A stretch of DNA of 24,000 nucleotides from Pseudomonadota bacterium (lineage in GTDB: Bacteria > Pseudomonadota > Alphaproteobacteria > Rhodobacterales > Rhodobacteraceae). Location: contig JBCBRF010000025.1 in assembly GCA_039819865.1 (NCBI GenBank), positions 4,333-28,332 of the forward strand. The letters run 5' to 3'. The notes under the pieces were generated by a model that was given only the letters and a program-made list of their open reading frames with translations, made no database searches and was not told the DNA's origin. This document shows positions 7,063 through 13,669 of this stretch, piece by piece (positions within the stretch are counted from its first letter, which is position 1; each line of letters starts with the position of its first letter). Made by a program: the position numbers and the translations under genes.

Positions 7063-7314
7063 TCAGGAGCTGTGCGCCGCGCGGTCGTCAGCCGCCTGGA
7101 GCATCTGGTTGAGAAGCCGCACGCGGGCGGCGAGCACGTCGAGCTGGCGCTCCGCCTTCAGACGGCGCTGGTTGATCATGCCGAGGTCGCGCTCGATGCG
7201 GTCGCGCTCGTATTCGAGGCGGACCAGTTCCGCGGCGATCTCGGGCCGGGTCCGAGGCTTTCGCCGCGCGAGCGAGCTCGGACGGGTCGGCACATGGGGC
7301 ATGGTGCGCTTCAT
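7063..7314 (-). CDS. Small basic coiled-coil protein, possibly GvpV-like, translationally coupled to gvpN
   Basis: The track ORF 7063..7626 overlaps gvpN out of frame. The plausible start is the ATG at 7314-7312, which forms ATGA with the gvpN stop (7313-7311). Product is 83 aa: MKRTMPHVPTRPSSLARRKPRTRPEIAAELVRLEYERDRIERDLGMINQRRLKAERQLDVLAARVRLLNQML. A short basic N-terminus plus heptad coiled coil after gvpN resembles my recollection of GvpV, but this was not verified. Confidence 0.6.
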   Translation of the reverse strand: MKRTMPHVPTRPSSLARRKPRTRPEIAAELVRLEYERDRIERDLGMINQRRLKAERQLDVLAARVRLLNQMLQAADDRAAHSS

Positions 7315-8309
7315 GCGGCTTTCTCCGTCGGCGGCGCCGGGCAATGCTCGCGGATCGCGGCGCGCAGGCGCTCGAAGAACTTGCTGCGGGCGTCGGCGAC
7401 CGAGGCGACGTCGTCGCGATCGGAGGGCGCGCGGGACTCGAGCGCGTCGAAGCAGAGCTGGACGAAACGCTCGTCGGCGCAGTTCGGGCGCAGGCCCTGG
7501 TCGGCGGCGATGCGGGCGATCAGGATGGCGGTGCGCATCGAGGGCGGGGCGGCGCGGCCCATCAGGACGCCGTCGGCCTGCGCAGCGGCGCGGAGCGCGC
7601 GGACCAGCATCACGATCGGCCGGCAATGCTCGGGCGCGAGGCGGGAGCGGGCGGCGACGACGCCGAGCTCCGTTTCCGCGTCGAAGTACGAGAGATCGAA
7701 GGTGATCATCCGGTCGAGGAGCGCGTCCTGCGGCGCCTTGACCGCGGCGTATTCGGCCGGGTTCGAGGTGAAGATCGCGCGGAACTCGGGATGCGCCTCG
7801 ATCACCCGGCGCTCGCGGCCCGGGGTCGAGAGGACGAGCACGCCCTCTTCGAGCGCAGCGAGCAGCGGGTTGTTGGCTTCGGGCGGGGAGCGGGTGAACT
7901 CGTCATAGACGAGCGTGTAGCCCTCCTCCATCGCGACCGTGAGCGCACGGTCCTCCCAAAGCTTGGAGGTCGCGCTCTCGGTCTTCGTCACGTTGTGGAT
8001 GAAGCGGTCGTGGACCCGCTTGGTGCGCTCGCCCACCGCCTCGCCCACGAGATTGGCCCCGGTGAACCAGCCGTCGCCGGCGATCGTTACGGTGGGTCGA
8101 TCCAGAGCGGCCGCGAGCTGCATCGCGAGGGTCGTCTTGCCGGCGCCCGCGGGACCGCGGAAATGCACGGCGACCCCGGCGCGCAGATAGGCCAGCGCCC
8201 GGCTCTCGATCGAAGCGATCGCGGCGTCGCGGAACAGATCCGCACGGGGCTTCAGCCAGCGCGCATCGGCGCGGAGGCCTTCGGCTTGCGGCTTTTCGGC
8301 GGCGCTCAT
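7311..8309 (-). CDS. gvpN: Gas vesicle protein GvpN (AAA+/MoxR-like ATPase)
   Basis: 332 aa. Walker A is FRGPAGAGKTTLA and Walker B is TLVYDEFTRS. Also NPLLAALEEGVL, FRAIFTSNP and ALLDRM, which is the typical GvpN signature. Confidence 0.93.
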   Translation of the reverse strand: MSAAEKPQAEGLRADARWLKPRADLFRDAAIASIESRALAYLRAGVAVHFRGPAGAGKTTLAMQLAAALDRPTVTIAGDGWFTGANLVGEAVGERTKRVHDRFIHNVTKTESATSKLWEDRALTVAMEEGYTLVYDEFTRSPPEANNPLLAALEEGVLVLSTPGRERRVIEAHPEFRAIFTSNPAEYAAVKAPQDALLDRMITFDLSYFDAETELGVVAARSRLAPEHCRPIVMLVRALRAAAQADGVLMGRAAPPSMRTAILIARIAADQGLRPNCADERFVQLCFDALESRAPSDRDDVASVADARSKFFERLRAAIREHCPAPPTEKAA

Positions 8310-8456
8310 GGGTTCGAAGCCTCTTCGCTCTCGGTCGGTGCGGCGCGAGGACGCGCCTTCTCGCCATAAGCGTTAACGAGCGAGGCTTTCCCAAGTGTAA
8401 ACGCCCGGGAGGAAGATTTGGAATTTGGTGGGGATTGGGGCGCGCGCGCCGCGGCG

Positions 8457-8948
8457 TCAGGGCGCGGCGATATCGAACAGCCGCGCAAGGGCGGTCCGAT
8501 AGTCGTCCACCATGCCGAGCGCCTCGTCGAGATAGGCCTCCCAGCGCGCTTCGAGATCGGCGTCGGGGTTCGAGGGCTCGGCGATTGCGAGCGGCGTCGG
8601 GTCGTGGGCGGCGAGGGCGGCGCGGACGGCGTCCGCCGTCTCGGCGACGAAGGCCGCGTCGCAGCGGCGCAGGGCGCCCTCGCCCATCGGGCGACGGCCT
8701 CGCACGGCGGCGGCGATGCGTCGGTCGCTGGTCAGGATCAGATCCAGCTCATGCCAGAACGGCGCGTCGCGCCCGTCGCGGGTGTCGGCGGCGGCGACGA
8801 CGACGCCCTCGACACGGAGCGGCCGGAGGCCGTGGCGCGGCAGGAGCAGGGTGCGAAAAGGATCGCTCGGCGACGCCGTCTCGTCGCACGGTCCGCCCCG
8901 AACCGGGACGTGGTCCGGCGCGACGAGGATCTGCACGGAGAAGCTCAC
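8457..8948 (-). CDS. Hypothetical protein (about 163 aa) between the HhH-tail protein and gvpN
   Basis: The 5' part of track ORF 8457..9143 overlaps the upstream gene. A GTG at 8948-8946 lies 5 nt after the upstream stop (8954-8956), with AAAGG upstream. Product: VSFSVQILVAPDHVPVRGGPCDE...APFWHELDLILTSDRRIAAAV...LEARWEAYLDEALGMVDDYRTALARLFDIAAP. High GC3. No family recognised. Confidence 0.55.
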   Translation of the reverse strand: MSFSVQILVAPDHVPVRGGPCDETASPSDPFRTLLLPRHGLRPLRVEGVVVAAADTRDGRDAPFWHELDLILTSDRRIAAAVRGRRPMGEGALRRCDAAFVAETADAVRAALAAHDPTPLAIAEPSNPDADLEARWEAYLDEALGMVDDYRTALARLFDIAAP

Positions 8949-8953
8949 GACGC

Positions 8954-9865
8954 TCAGCCTTTCTTGGCGCTCGCGTCCGCGCTTTTGGCGGAGCCGGCGC
9001 CCTTGTCGGCGGATTGGGCGAAGGCGATCCAGCCTTCGAGATCGAGCAGCGCGCCGATTTCGCCGAGCTTTTCGCGGAGCGTCGCGGCGTCGGCGGCGGC
9101 GAGTTCTTCGAGGTTGGCGACGCCCGCCTCGCTCAGCATCCATTCGAGGCCCGGACCGGCGCCCGGCAGGCCGGCGAGGTCCACGACGACCTGGGGCTTC
9201 GCGGCGCGGCGCGCGCGGGGCTTTTTCGGCGCGACGCGCTTTGGCGTGGCGGGTTTCGAGGCGGCGGGTTTGGAGGCGACCTGCTCGGGCTCGGCGGGCT
9301 TCGTGGCGACGCGCTTCGCGCGGGCCGGCTTTTCCACGGTGGCGTCGACCGCGGCCTCGGCCGGCTTGGCGGCGGCGCGCTTGCGGCGGCGCGGCGGCGC
9401 CGTCGTCTCGGCTTGCGCCTCGGATTGAGCGTTGGCCGCGTCCGCCTTGGCTTTGGCGCTTGCGGCGCGGGAACGGCGCTTTGCGGGCGCCCGACGCTGG
9501 GCGGCCGGCTCCGGAGCGGGCTCGGCCTCCGGAGCGGCATCCTGCGCAGGCTCAGCAAGGTTGTCGACGGCTTCGTCCACCGAGGCGTCCGTCTCCGGCG
9601 CGGTTCCGGCGGCCTCTTCCGCGAAAGCGCGGGCCGCGGCGGACGCGGACAGCGTCTCCTCCATCGCGCGACCGACGGTCTCAACAGCGGCGGTCGCGGT
9701 CTCGAACGCCGTCTCGACCAGATCGGCGGCGGCCTCGACGCCCGCATCCACGGCCGCGCCGCCGCGGCCCGGTCGGCGACGCGCCGCCCTCAGCTCCGCC
9801 AGCTTGGCGCGCGCTTCGCGGCGAACCTCTTGGACGCGAGACTTGTAAGAGGGGGCGTTGCTCAT
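8954..9865 (-). CDS. Ala/Pro/Lys/Glu-rich low-complexity protein with a C-terminal helix-hairpin-helix-like domain, immediately downstream of gvpA
   Basis: 303 aa. The N-terminal basic helix is MSNAPSYKSRVQEVRREARAKLAELRAARRR. The central part has KPA-type short repeats (AAKPAEAAV..ATKPAEPEQVASKPAASKPATPKRVAPKKP). The C-terminus VVDLAGLPGAGPGLEWMLSEAGVANLEELAAADAATL resembles the GIGPxLExxLxxxGI HhH module common in alphaproteobacteria. Codon usage is consistent with coding. Confidence 0.7.
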   Translation of the reverse strand: MSNAPSYKSRVQEVRREARAKLAELRAARRRPGRGGAAVDAGVEAAADLVETAFETATAAVETVGRAMEETLSASAAARAFAEEAAGTAPETDASVDEAVDNLAEPAQDAAPEAEPAPEPAAQRRAPAKRRSRAASAKAKADAANAQSEAQAETTAPPRRRKRAAAKPAEAAVDATVEKPARAKRVATKPAEPEQVASKPAASKPATPKRVAPKKPRARRAAKPQVVVDLAGLPGAGPGLEWMLSEAGVANLEELAAADAATLREKLGEIGALLDLEGWIAFAQSADKGAGSAKSADASAKKG

Positions 9866-9908
9866 GGCGTCGGACCGCTCGTAAATAAAAAACCCACAAA
9901 CGAATGCG

Positions 9909-9946
9909 CGGCGGCGGTCTGGACGCGTCGGCCCGCACCGCCGCCG
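9909..9946 (-). terminator. GC-rich hairpin just downstream of gvpA; putative partial terminator or attenuator
   Basis: A perfect 10-bp stem pairs CGGCGGCGGT (9909-9918) with ACCGCCGCCG (9937-9946), with an 18-nt loop. On the minus-strand transcript it is followed, after about 14 nt, by GGGUUUUUUAUUU (plus strand 9881-9893). Because the U-tract is spaced from the stem, this is not a textbook intrinsic terminator. Confidence 0.45.
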
Positions 9947-9951
9947 AACAA

Positions 9952-10164
9952 TTAGGCGGCCTGCGGATCGACCGTAAGGCCGATGGCCTCGGCGTATTTC
10001 AGCCAGGTCTCGACCGACGCGATGACCGCGCGAGCCTCGATCGCGATCAGCTCGATGCCGACCAGCGCGACGCGCACGAACGCGTCGATGACGACGCCTT
10101 TGTCCAGGATGCGGTCGACGACCTCGGCGAGGCTGCTCGACGCAACGCTTTTCTCAATAGCCAT
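9952..10164 (-). CDS. gvpA: Major gas vesicle structural protein GvpA
   Basis: [63 protein letters not shown] (70 aa) is near-canonical GvpA. The ATG at 10164 has a GAGGAA SD 7 nt upstream. The track ORF start at 10206 would add a non-conserved 14-aa extension. Confidence 0.95.
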   Translation of the reverse strand: MAIEKSVASSSLAEVVDRILDKGVVIDAFVRVALVGIELIAIEARAVIASVETWLKYAEAIGLTVDPQAA

Positions 10165-10441
10165 GGGGTTTTCCTCAGAGCAGGGGCTGTTCACTCGCCG
10201 CGACAAATCCGCCGACGGCGTGCATGACCCTGCGTCGTGATCGTTAAGAAGTTGCTGAAGCTTGCGGCGAAAACACGCTGGATAATGAAGATTTTACTCT
10301 TTTTTTCGGCGCGAACAGACCGGTATTCGGGCGGCGCGCCGTATTTGTGAAAACGCGATTAACGCAATTCGTCCGTTGTTTGCTCTCCGTTAAGGGCCCG
10401 CGTGCGATGCGACGCTCCGACGCATTCGTTCGGAGCCGACC
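10165..10441. promoter_or_regulatory. Divergent gvpA / tal-pyp control region
   Basis: 277-bp intergenic stretch, locally AT-enriched (ggataatgaagattttactctttttttc). It contains a tandem direct 9-mer AACGCGATT/AACGCAATT (10352-10369), CGTTAA/TTAACG motifs at about 10242, 10357 and 10389, and a 7-bp hairpin GCTCCGA (10414-10420)/TCGGAGC (10430-10436) that includes the tal GGAG SD. The promoters themselves were not identifiable by eye. Confidence 0.6.
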
Positions 10442-12103
10442 ATGGGCCTGTCCCTCGCATCCCTCATCGACGAAACGACGCCCGAGACGGCGTCGCCGGC
10501 CCTCCTCGAGGATGGGTTAGGGCTGTCCGCCGCCGATACGGTGGCGCGGGGCGCGCGCATCATCGCCATCGGACCCGCGGCCTGGGAGCGGATCCGCGCG
10601 GCGCAGGCGCGGCTGGCGCGGGCGATCGCGGAACGGCGCGTCGTCTATGGCGTGACGACCGGTTTCGGGCCGCTCGCCGATCGGCTGGTGCGGCCCGAGG
10701 ATGTCGAGACGCTGCAGCGGAACCTAATCTACCACCTCGCCACCGGCGTCGGAGCGCCGCTGTCCTGGGAAGCGGCGCGCGCCACCGCGCTGGCGCGGCT
10801 CTGCTCCATCGCGCAGGGCTGGTCGGGGGCTTCGGACCCGATGGTCGAGGCCCTGGTCGCGCTGTTGAACTCCGACCTCGCGCCCTGGATCCCGGAGAAG
10901 GGCACGGTCGGGGCGAGCGGCGATCTGACGCCGCTCTCTCATCTTGCGCTGGCGCTTATGGGCGAGGGCGCGTTCATCGATCGCGCCGGGAACCGGATCG
11001 AGGGCGGCGCCGGGCTCGCGCGGATCGGCGTTCCGCCGTTGACGCTCGCCGCGCGCGACGGGCTCGCGCTGGTGAACGGCACGGCGGCGATGACCGGGAT
11101 CGCGGTGCTGAACGGCGCGCGCGCGGCGGCGCTGCTGGAGTGGGCCGAAGCGCTGACCGGCCTGCATGCGGAGCTCTTGCGCGGGCGCTCAGAGGCTTGG
11201 GACCCGGCGCTCTCGGCGGCGCGGCCGCATCCTGGGCAGGTCGCGGCGTCCGATCGGCTGCGCGCGCGGATCGAGGGCGCGCCTCGGATCGACGCGACGC
11301 GGGCGGCCGAGCGGATTCTGCCGCAAAGCGGCGACGCTCCGCCGCAAGACGCCACGCCGCTTCAAGACCCCTATTCGATCCGCTGCGCGCCGCAGATCCT
11401 CGGCGCCGCGCGGGACGCGCTCTCGTGGCATGACGCGGTGATCGAGCGGGAACTGAACAGCGCGTCGGACAATCCGATCTTCGCCGAGGACGCGGCGATC
11501 GCAGTCCATGGCGGCAACTTCATGGGGTGCCATGCGGCGCTGGCGTCGGACGCGCTCAAGAATGCGGTCGTGCTGACGGCGGTGCTTTCGGAGCGCCAGA
11601 TCGCGCGACTGACGGACGAGAAGCGCAATGGCGGGCTGCCGCCCTTCCTCAATCGCGGGCGCGTCGGGCTGGAGAGCGGCCTGATGGGCGCGCAGGTGAC
11701 GGCCAGCGCCCTGGTCGCGGAAATGCGGGCCTTCGGCGGGCCGGCCTCGACGCAGTCGATCTCGACCAACGGCGCGAACCAAGACGTCGTCAGCCTCGGC
11801 ACGATCGCGGCGCGCGGCTGCGCGGACATCCTCGAGGACGCGGCCCGCGTGCTGGCGATCCAGGCCATCGCCGTCGCGCAGGGCGCCGATATCGTCGGGC
11901 GCGAGGCGCTGTCGCCCGCCGGCGGCGCGCTCGCCGAGCGCATCCGAAGCGTCGTGGCCCCTTTGACGTCCGATCGTCCACTCCACGCGGACATTGAGCG
12001 GCTTTCACAGGAAATTGTAGAACAAACCGCCGGACAAGACTGCGAATTCTACAAAAATCCGACCCACGCCAGCCTAGGGAAGAATTCACACCAGGCTCGA
12101 TGA
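10442..12103 (+). CDS. tal: Tyrosine ammonia-lyase (aromatic amino acid lyase, MIO-dependent)
   Basis: 553 aa. The Ala-Ser-Gly MIO triad in GTVGASGDLTPLSHLA is at 10913-10921. Also VYGVTTGFGPLA, QDPYSIRC and NGANQDVVS. The selectivity-switch position reads NLIYHLATG (His98 at 10733-10735). This is the His-Leu state associated with tyrosine rather than phenylalanine specificity in Rhodobacter TAL. Sits next to pyp. Confidence 0.9.
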   Translation: MGLSLASLIDETTPETASPALLEDGLGLSAADTVARGARIIAIGPAAWERIRAAQARLARAIAERRVVYGVTTGFGPLADRLVRPEDVETLQRNLIYHLATGVGAPLSWEAARATALARLCSIAQGWSGASDPMVEALVALLNSDLAPWIPEKGTVGASGDLTPLSHLALALMGEGAFIDRAGNRIEGGAGLARIGVPPLTLAARDGLALVNGTAAMTGIAVLNGARAAALLEWAEALTGLHAELLRGRSEAWDPALSAARPHPGQVAASDRLRARIEGAPRIDATRAAERILPQSGDAPPQDATPLQDPYSIRCAPQILGAARDALSWHDAVIERELNSASDNPIFAEDAAIAVHGGNFMGCHAALASDALKNAVVLTAVLSERQIARLTDEKRNGGLPPFLNRGRVGLESGLMGAQVTASALVAEMRAFGGPASTQSISTNGANQDVVSLGTIAARGCADILEDAARVLAIQAIAVAQGADIVGREALSPAGGALAERIRSVVAPLTSDRPLHADIERLSQEIVEQTAGQDCEFYKNPTHASLGKNSHQAR

Positions 12104-12259
12104 CAAAACTTTCGAAAAAGCCGCCTCTTGGTAACCGCTTGTTTGGGCCTTTGGCCGATCTTGGGCGGAGCCGCAGCGAGACTTCGCGCCATTTGGGCAA
12201 AGACCCGCTGATGCATAGGTATTCGCCAGAATTACCAACAAAAGGAGCTTCGATCTGAG

Positions 12260-12655
12260 ATGGACGAACTCGGAACTTTGAAGAAGCACGCCGGACGCTA
12301 CGAGTTTTCCTTTCCGGAGCTCGAGCTGTGCGTGCGCGGCCCCTACGCCGAGTGGGTGCTGCAGGCGGCCGCCGAAATCATGGCCAAAGCGGAAAAGCTG
12401 CGCAGCGAAGGCCATCTCGACGAGCTCGAGATGCTGAAGGAGTTCGGCGAGGCCTCCGAGGTCGACGTCGACGCCGCGCAATTCGAGGCGAACGCCCGCT
12501 TCGAAGCGCTGCCGCAATGCGTCGTGTCGCTTGGAAGCCTCGACTACCGCTGGGTCGCCGGCGGCCAAGAAGACGACGCGGCGCCGATGACGCGCATCGT
12601 CGACATGTCCCTCACCCGCAACGACACCTTCCTCCGCGACGAACCGCAGGCCTGA
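12260..12655 (+). CDS. Hypothetical acidic protein (131 aa) immediately upstream of pyp
   Basis: MDELGTLKKHAGRYEFSFPELELCVRGPYAEWVLQAAAEIMAKAEKLRSEGHLDELEMLKEF...RIVDMSLTRNDTFLRDEPQA. Third-position GC is consistent with coding. AAGGAG lies about 12 nt upstream. The opposite-strand ORF 12086..13018 is a shadow frame. No family recognised. Confidence 0.65.
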   Translation: MDELGTLKKHAGRYEFSFPELELCVRGPYAEWVLQAAAEIMAKAEKLRSEGHLDELEMLKEFGEASEVDVDAAQFEANARFEALPQCVVSLGSLDYRWVAGGQEDDAAPMTRIVDMSLTRNDTFLRDEPQA

Positions 12656-12697
12656 GCGCCGCACGTCCGAAGCCATCAAAAGACGGAGATCTGAACC

Positions 12698-13072
12698 ATG
12701 GAAATCATCCCGTTCGGCGCCAACGACATCGACAACATCCTGCAGCGTGAGCCCCACCGGGCCGAGGCGCTGCCGTTCGGCGCGATCCTGCTGAGCCGTC
12801 AGGGCAAGATCCTGAAGTACAACGCCGCCGAGGGCCTGATCGCCGGCCGCAGCGCCGGCGACGTCATGGGCAAGGACTTCTTCAACCAGATCGCCCCGTG
12901 CGCCAAAGGCAAGCGGTTCCACGGCGAGTTCTTGAAGTTCGCCCAGACCGGCCAGGTCAACACGATGTTCGACTACACCTTCGAGTACAAGATGAAGCCG
13001 GTGAAGGTGCGGATCCACATGAAGTCGAACGCTGGCGGTGAGAACTGCTGGCTGTTCATCAAGCGCGCCTAA
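12698..13072 (+). CDS. pyp: Photoactive yellow protein (PAS-fold xanthopsin)
   Basis: 124 aa: MEIIPFGANDIDNIL...LPFGAILLSRQGKILKYNAAEGLIAGRS...FFNQIAPCAKGKRFHGEF...NTMFDYTFEYKM.PVKVRIHMK...WLFIKRA. It aligns along its whole length with Halorhodospira PYP. The chromophore Cys (Cys68, TGC at 12899-12901), Tyr41, Glu45 and Arg51 are conserved. The Thr50 equivalent is Ala. GGAGA SD 8 nt upstream. Confidence 0.97.
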   Translation: MEIIPFGANDIDNILQREPHRAEALPFGAILLSRQGKILKYNAAEGLIAGRSAGDVMGKDFFNQIAPCAKGKRFHGEFLKFAQTGQVNTMFDYTFEYKMKPVKVRIHMKSNAGGENCWLFIKRA

Positions 13073-13154
13073 GGTCGCCGAGAGCGCGTCGGCTCGGCCG
13101 GCGCGCCCTCAGCCCCTCCCAAGGCTCCGGCCACCGTCCGTCAAGGAGGATCCC

Positions 13155-13667
13155 ATGAACGCCTACGATATCGGCGCGCAGCAGCCCGTCGACCATCTCG
13201 ACGCCGGCGTCGAGCACATTCTGCGCCGCTCCGGCGCCCGCCCGGTCTCGTTCCGCGGCGTGCAGATCTGCTCGGCCATGAGCTACACCGTCGGCACGCC
13301 GCTCTGGTACGAGATCAACTTGTACCGTCTTCAGGATCAGAGCTTCGTCGTCGACGTCCGCATGTTCACGAAGTCGGACGAAGACAGCGACAAGTTCACC
13401 GTCCAGCACGTCGCGAGCTTCGATGAGGCGGTCAGCGCCCTGGAAGCGTACGATGCGGCCGCAGACGTCCGCGTGAACGTGGCGCTCGACGACCCGACCG
13501 CATCGCTCGCCGACCTGACCTTCCAGGCTCTGGCGGTGCGCGCGCGCGTCGAGGAGGCTCGCGCCCAGTATCGCGGCCTGGTCAGCCAGATCCTGTCGGA
13601 TCTCGAGCAGGTCAGCGTCGAGGCCGCCGGCGGCCAGCGCCTGGTCAGCCACGAGATGGTGGCCTGA
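13155..13667 (+). CDS. Hypothetical protein (170 aa) between pyp and the coumarate ligase
   Basis: The ATG at 13155 is preceded by a strong AAGGAGGA SD. The track ORF start at 13038 overlaps the pyp 3' end. Product: MNAYDIGAQQPVDHLDAGVEHILRRSGARPVSFRGVQICSAMSYTVGTPLWYEINLYRLQDQSFVVDVRMFTKSDEDSDKFTVQHV...RARVEEARAQYRGLVSQILSDLEQV. The stop is 2 nt before the ligase ATG. No family recognised. Confidence 0.7.
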   Translation: MNAYDIGAQQPVDHLDAGVEHILRRSGARPVSFRGVQICSAMSYTVGTPLWYEINLYRLQDQSFVVDVRMFTKSDEDSDKFTVQHVASFDEAVSALEAYDAAADVRVNVALDDPTASLADLTFQALAVRARVEEARAQYRGLVSQILSDLEQVSVEAAGGQRLVSHEMVA

Positions 13668-13669
13668 GC

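Noticed and set aside
7315-7626. 5' two-thirds of track ORF 7063..7626(-)
   Set aside because: It overlaps the 3' end of gvpN in another frame and is Arg/Pro-rich. The internal ATG at 7314 forms an ATGA junction with the gvpN stop, so only 7063..7314 was kept.
5655-9955. Long ORFs 5655..6617(+), 6121..7908(+), 7344..8369(+), 8418..9428(+), 8435..9955(+), 8716..9888(+), 9133..9747(-)
   Set aside because: They are antisense to, or in an alternative frame of, the Hsp20-like gene, gvpJ/O/N and the HhH-tail gene. Composition is Arg-rich and no family motifs are present.
10165-10206. 14-codon N-terminal extension of gvpA in the track ORF (start 10206)
   Set aside because: The canonical GvpA N-terminus (MAIEK..SSSLAEV) begins at the ATG at 10164, which has a GAGGAA SD. 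The extension, [14 protein letters not shown], is not GvpA-like.
12128-12142. Sigma-54-like TTGGTAACCGCTTGT upstream of the pyp-side ORFs
   Set aside because: The GG-to-TTG spacing is one nucleotide short of the TGGCAC-N5-TTGC consensus, and the -12 element reads TTGT rather than TTGC. No enhancer-binding protein gene is present in the window.
12086-13018. 310-aa ORF on the minus strand covering the 131-aa ORF and pyp
   Set aside because: It is exactly antisense to an unmistakable full-length PYP sequence, and the product has no recognisable features.
12698-13072. Treating PYP or the PYP/gas-vesicle adjacency itself as novel
   Set aside because: PYP, TAL and pCL are well characterised, and a pyp/gvp linkage has been reported for Rhodobacter capsulatus. 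Only the additional ORFs and the chaperone content of this locus are flagged as potentially new.
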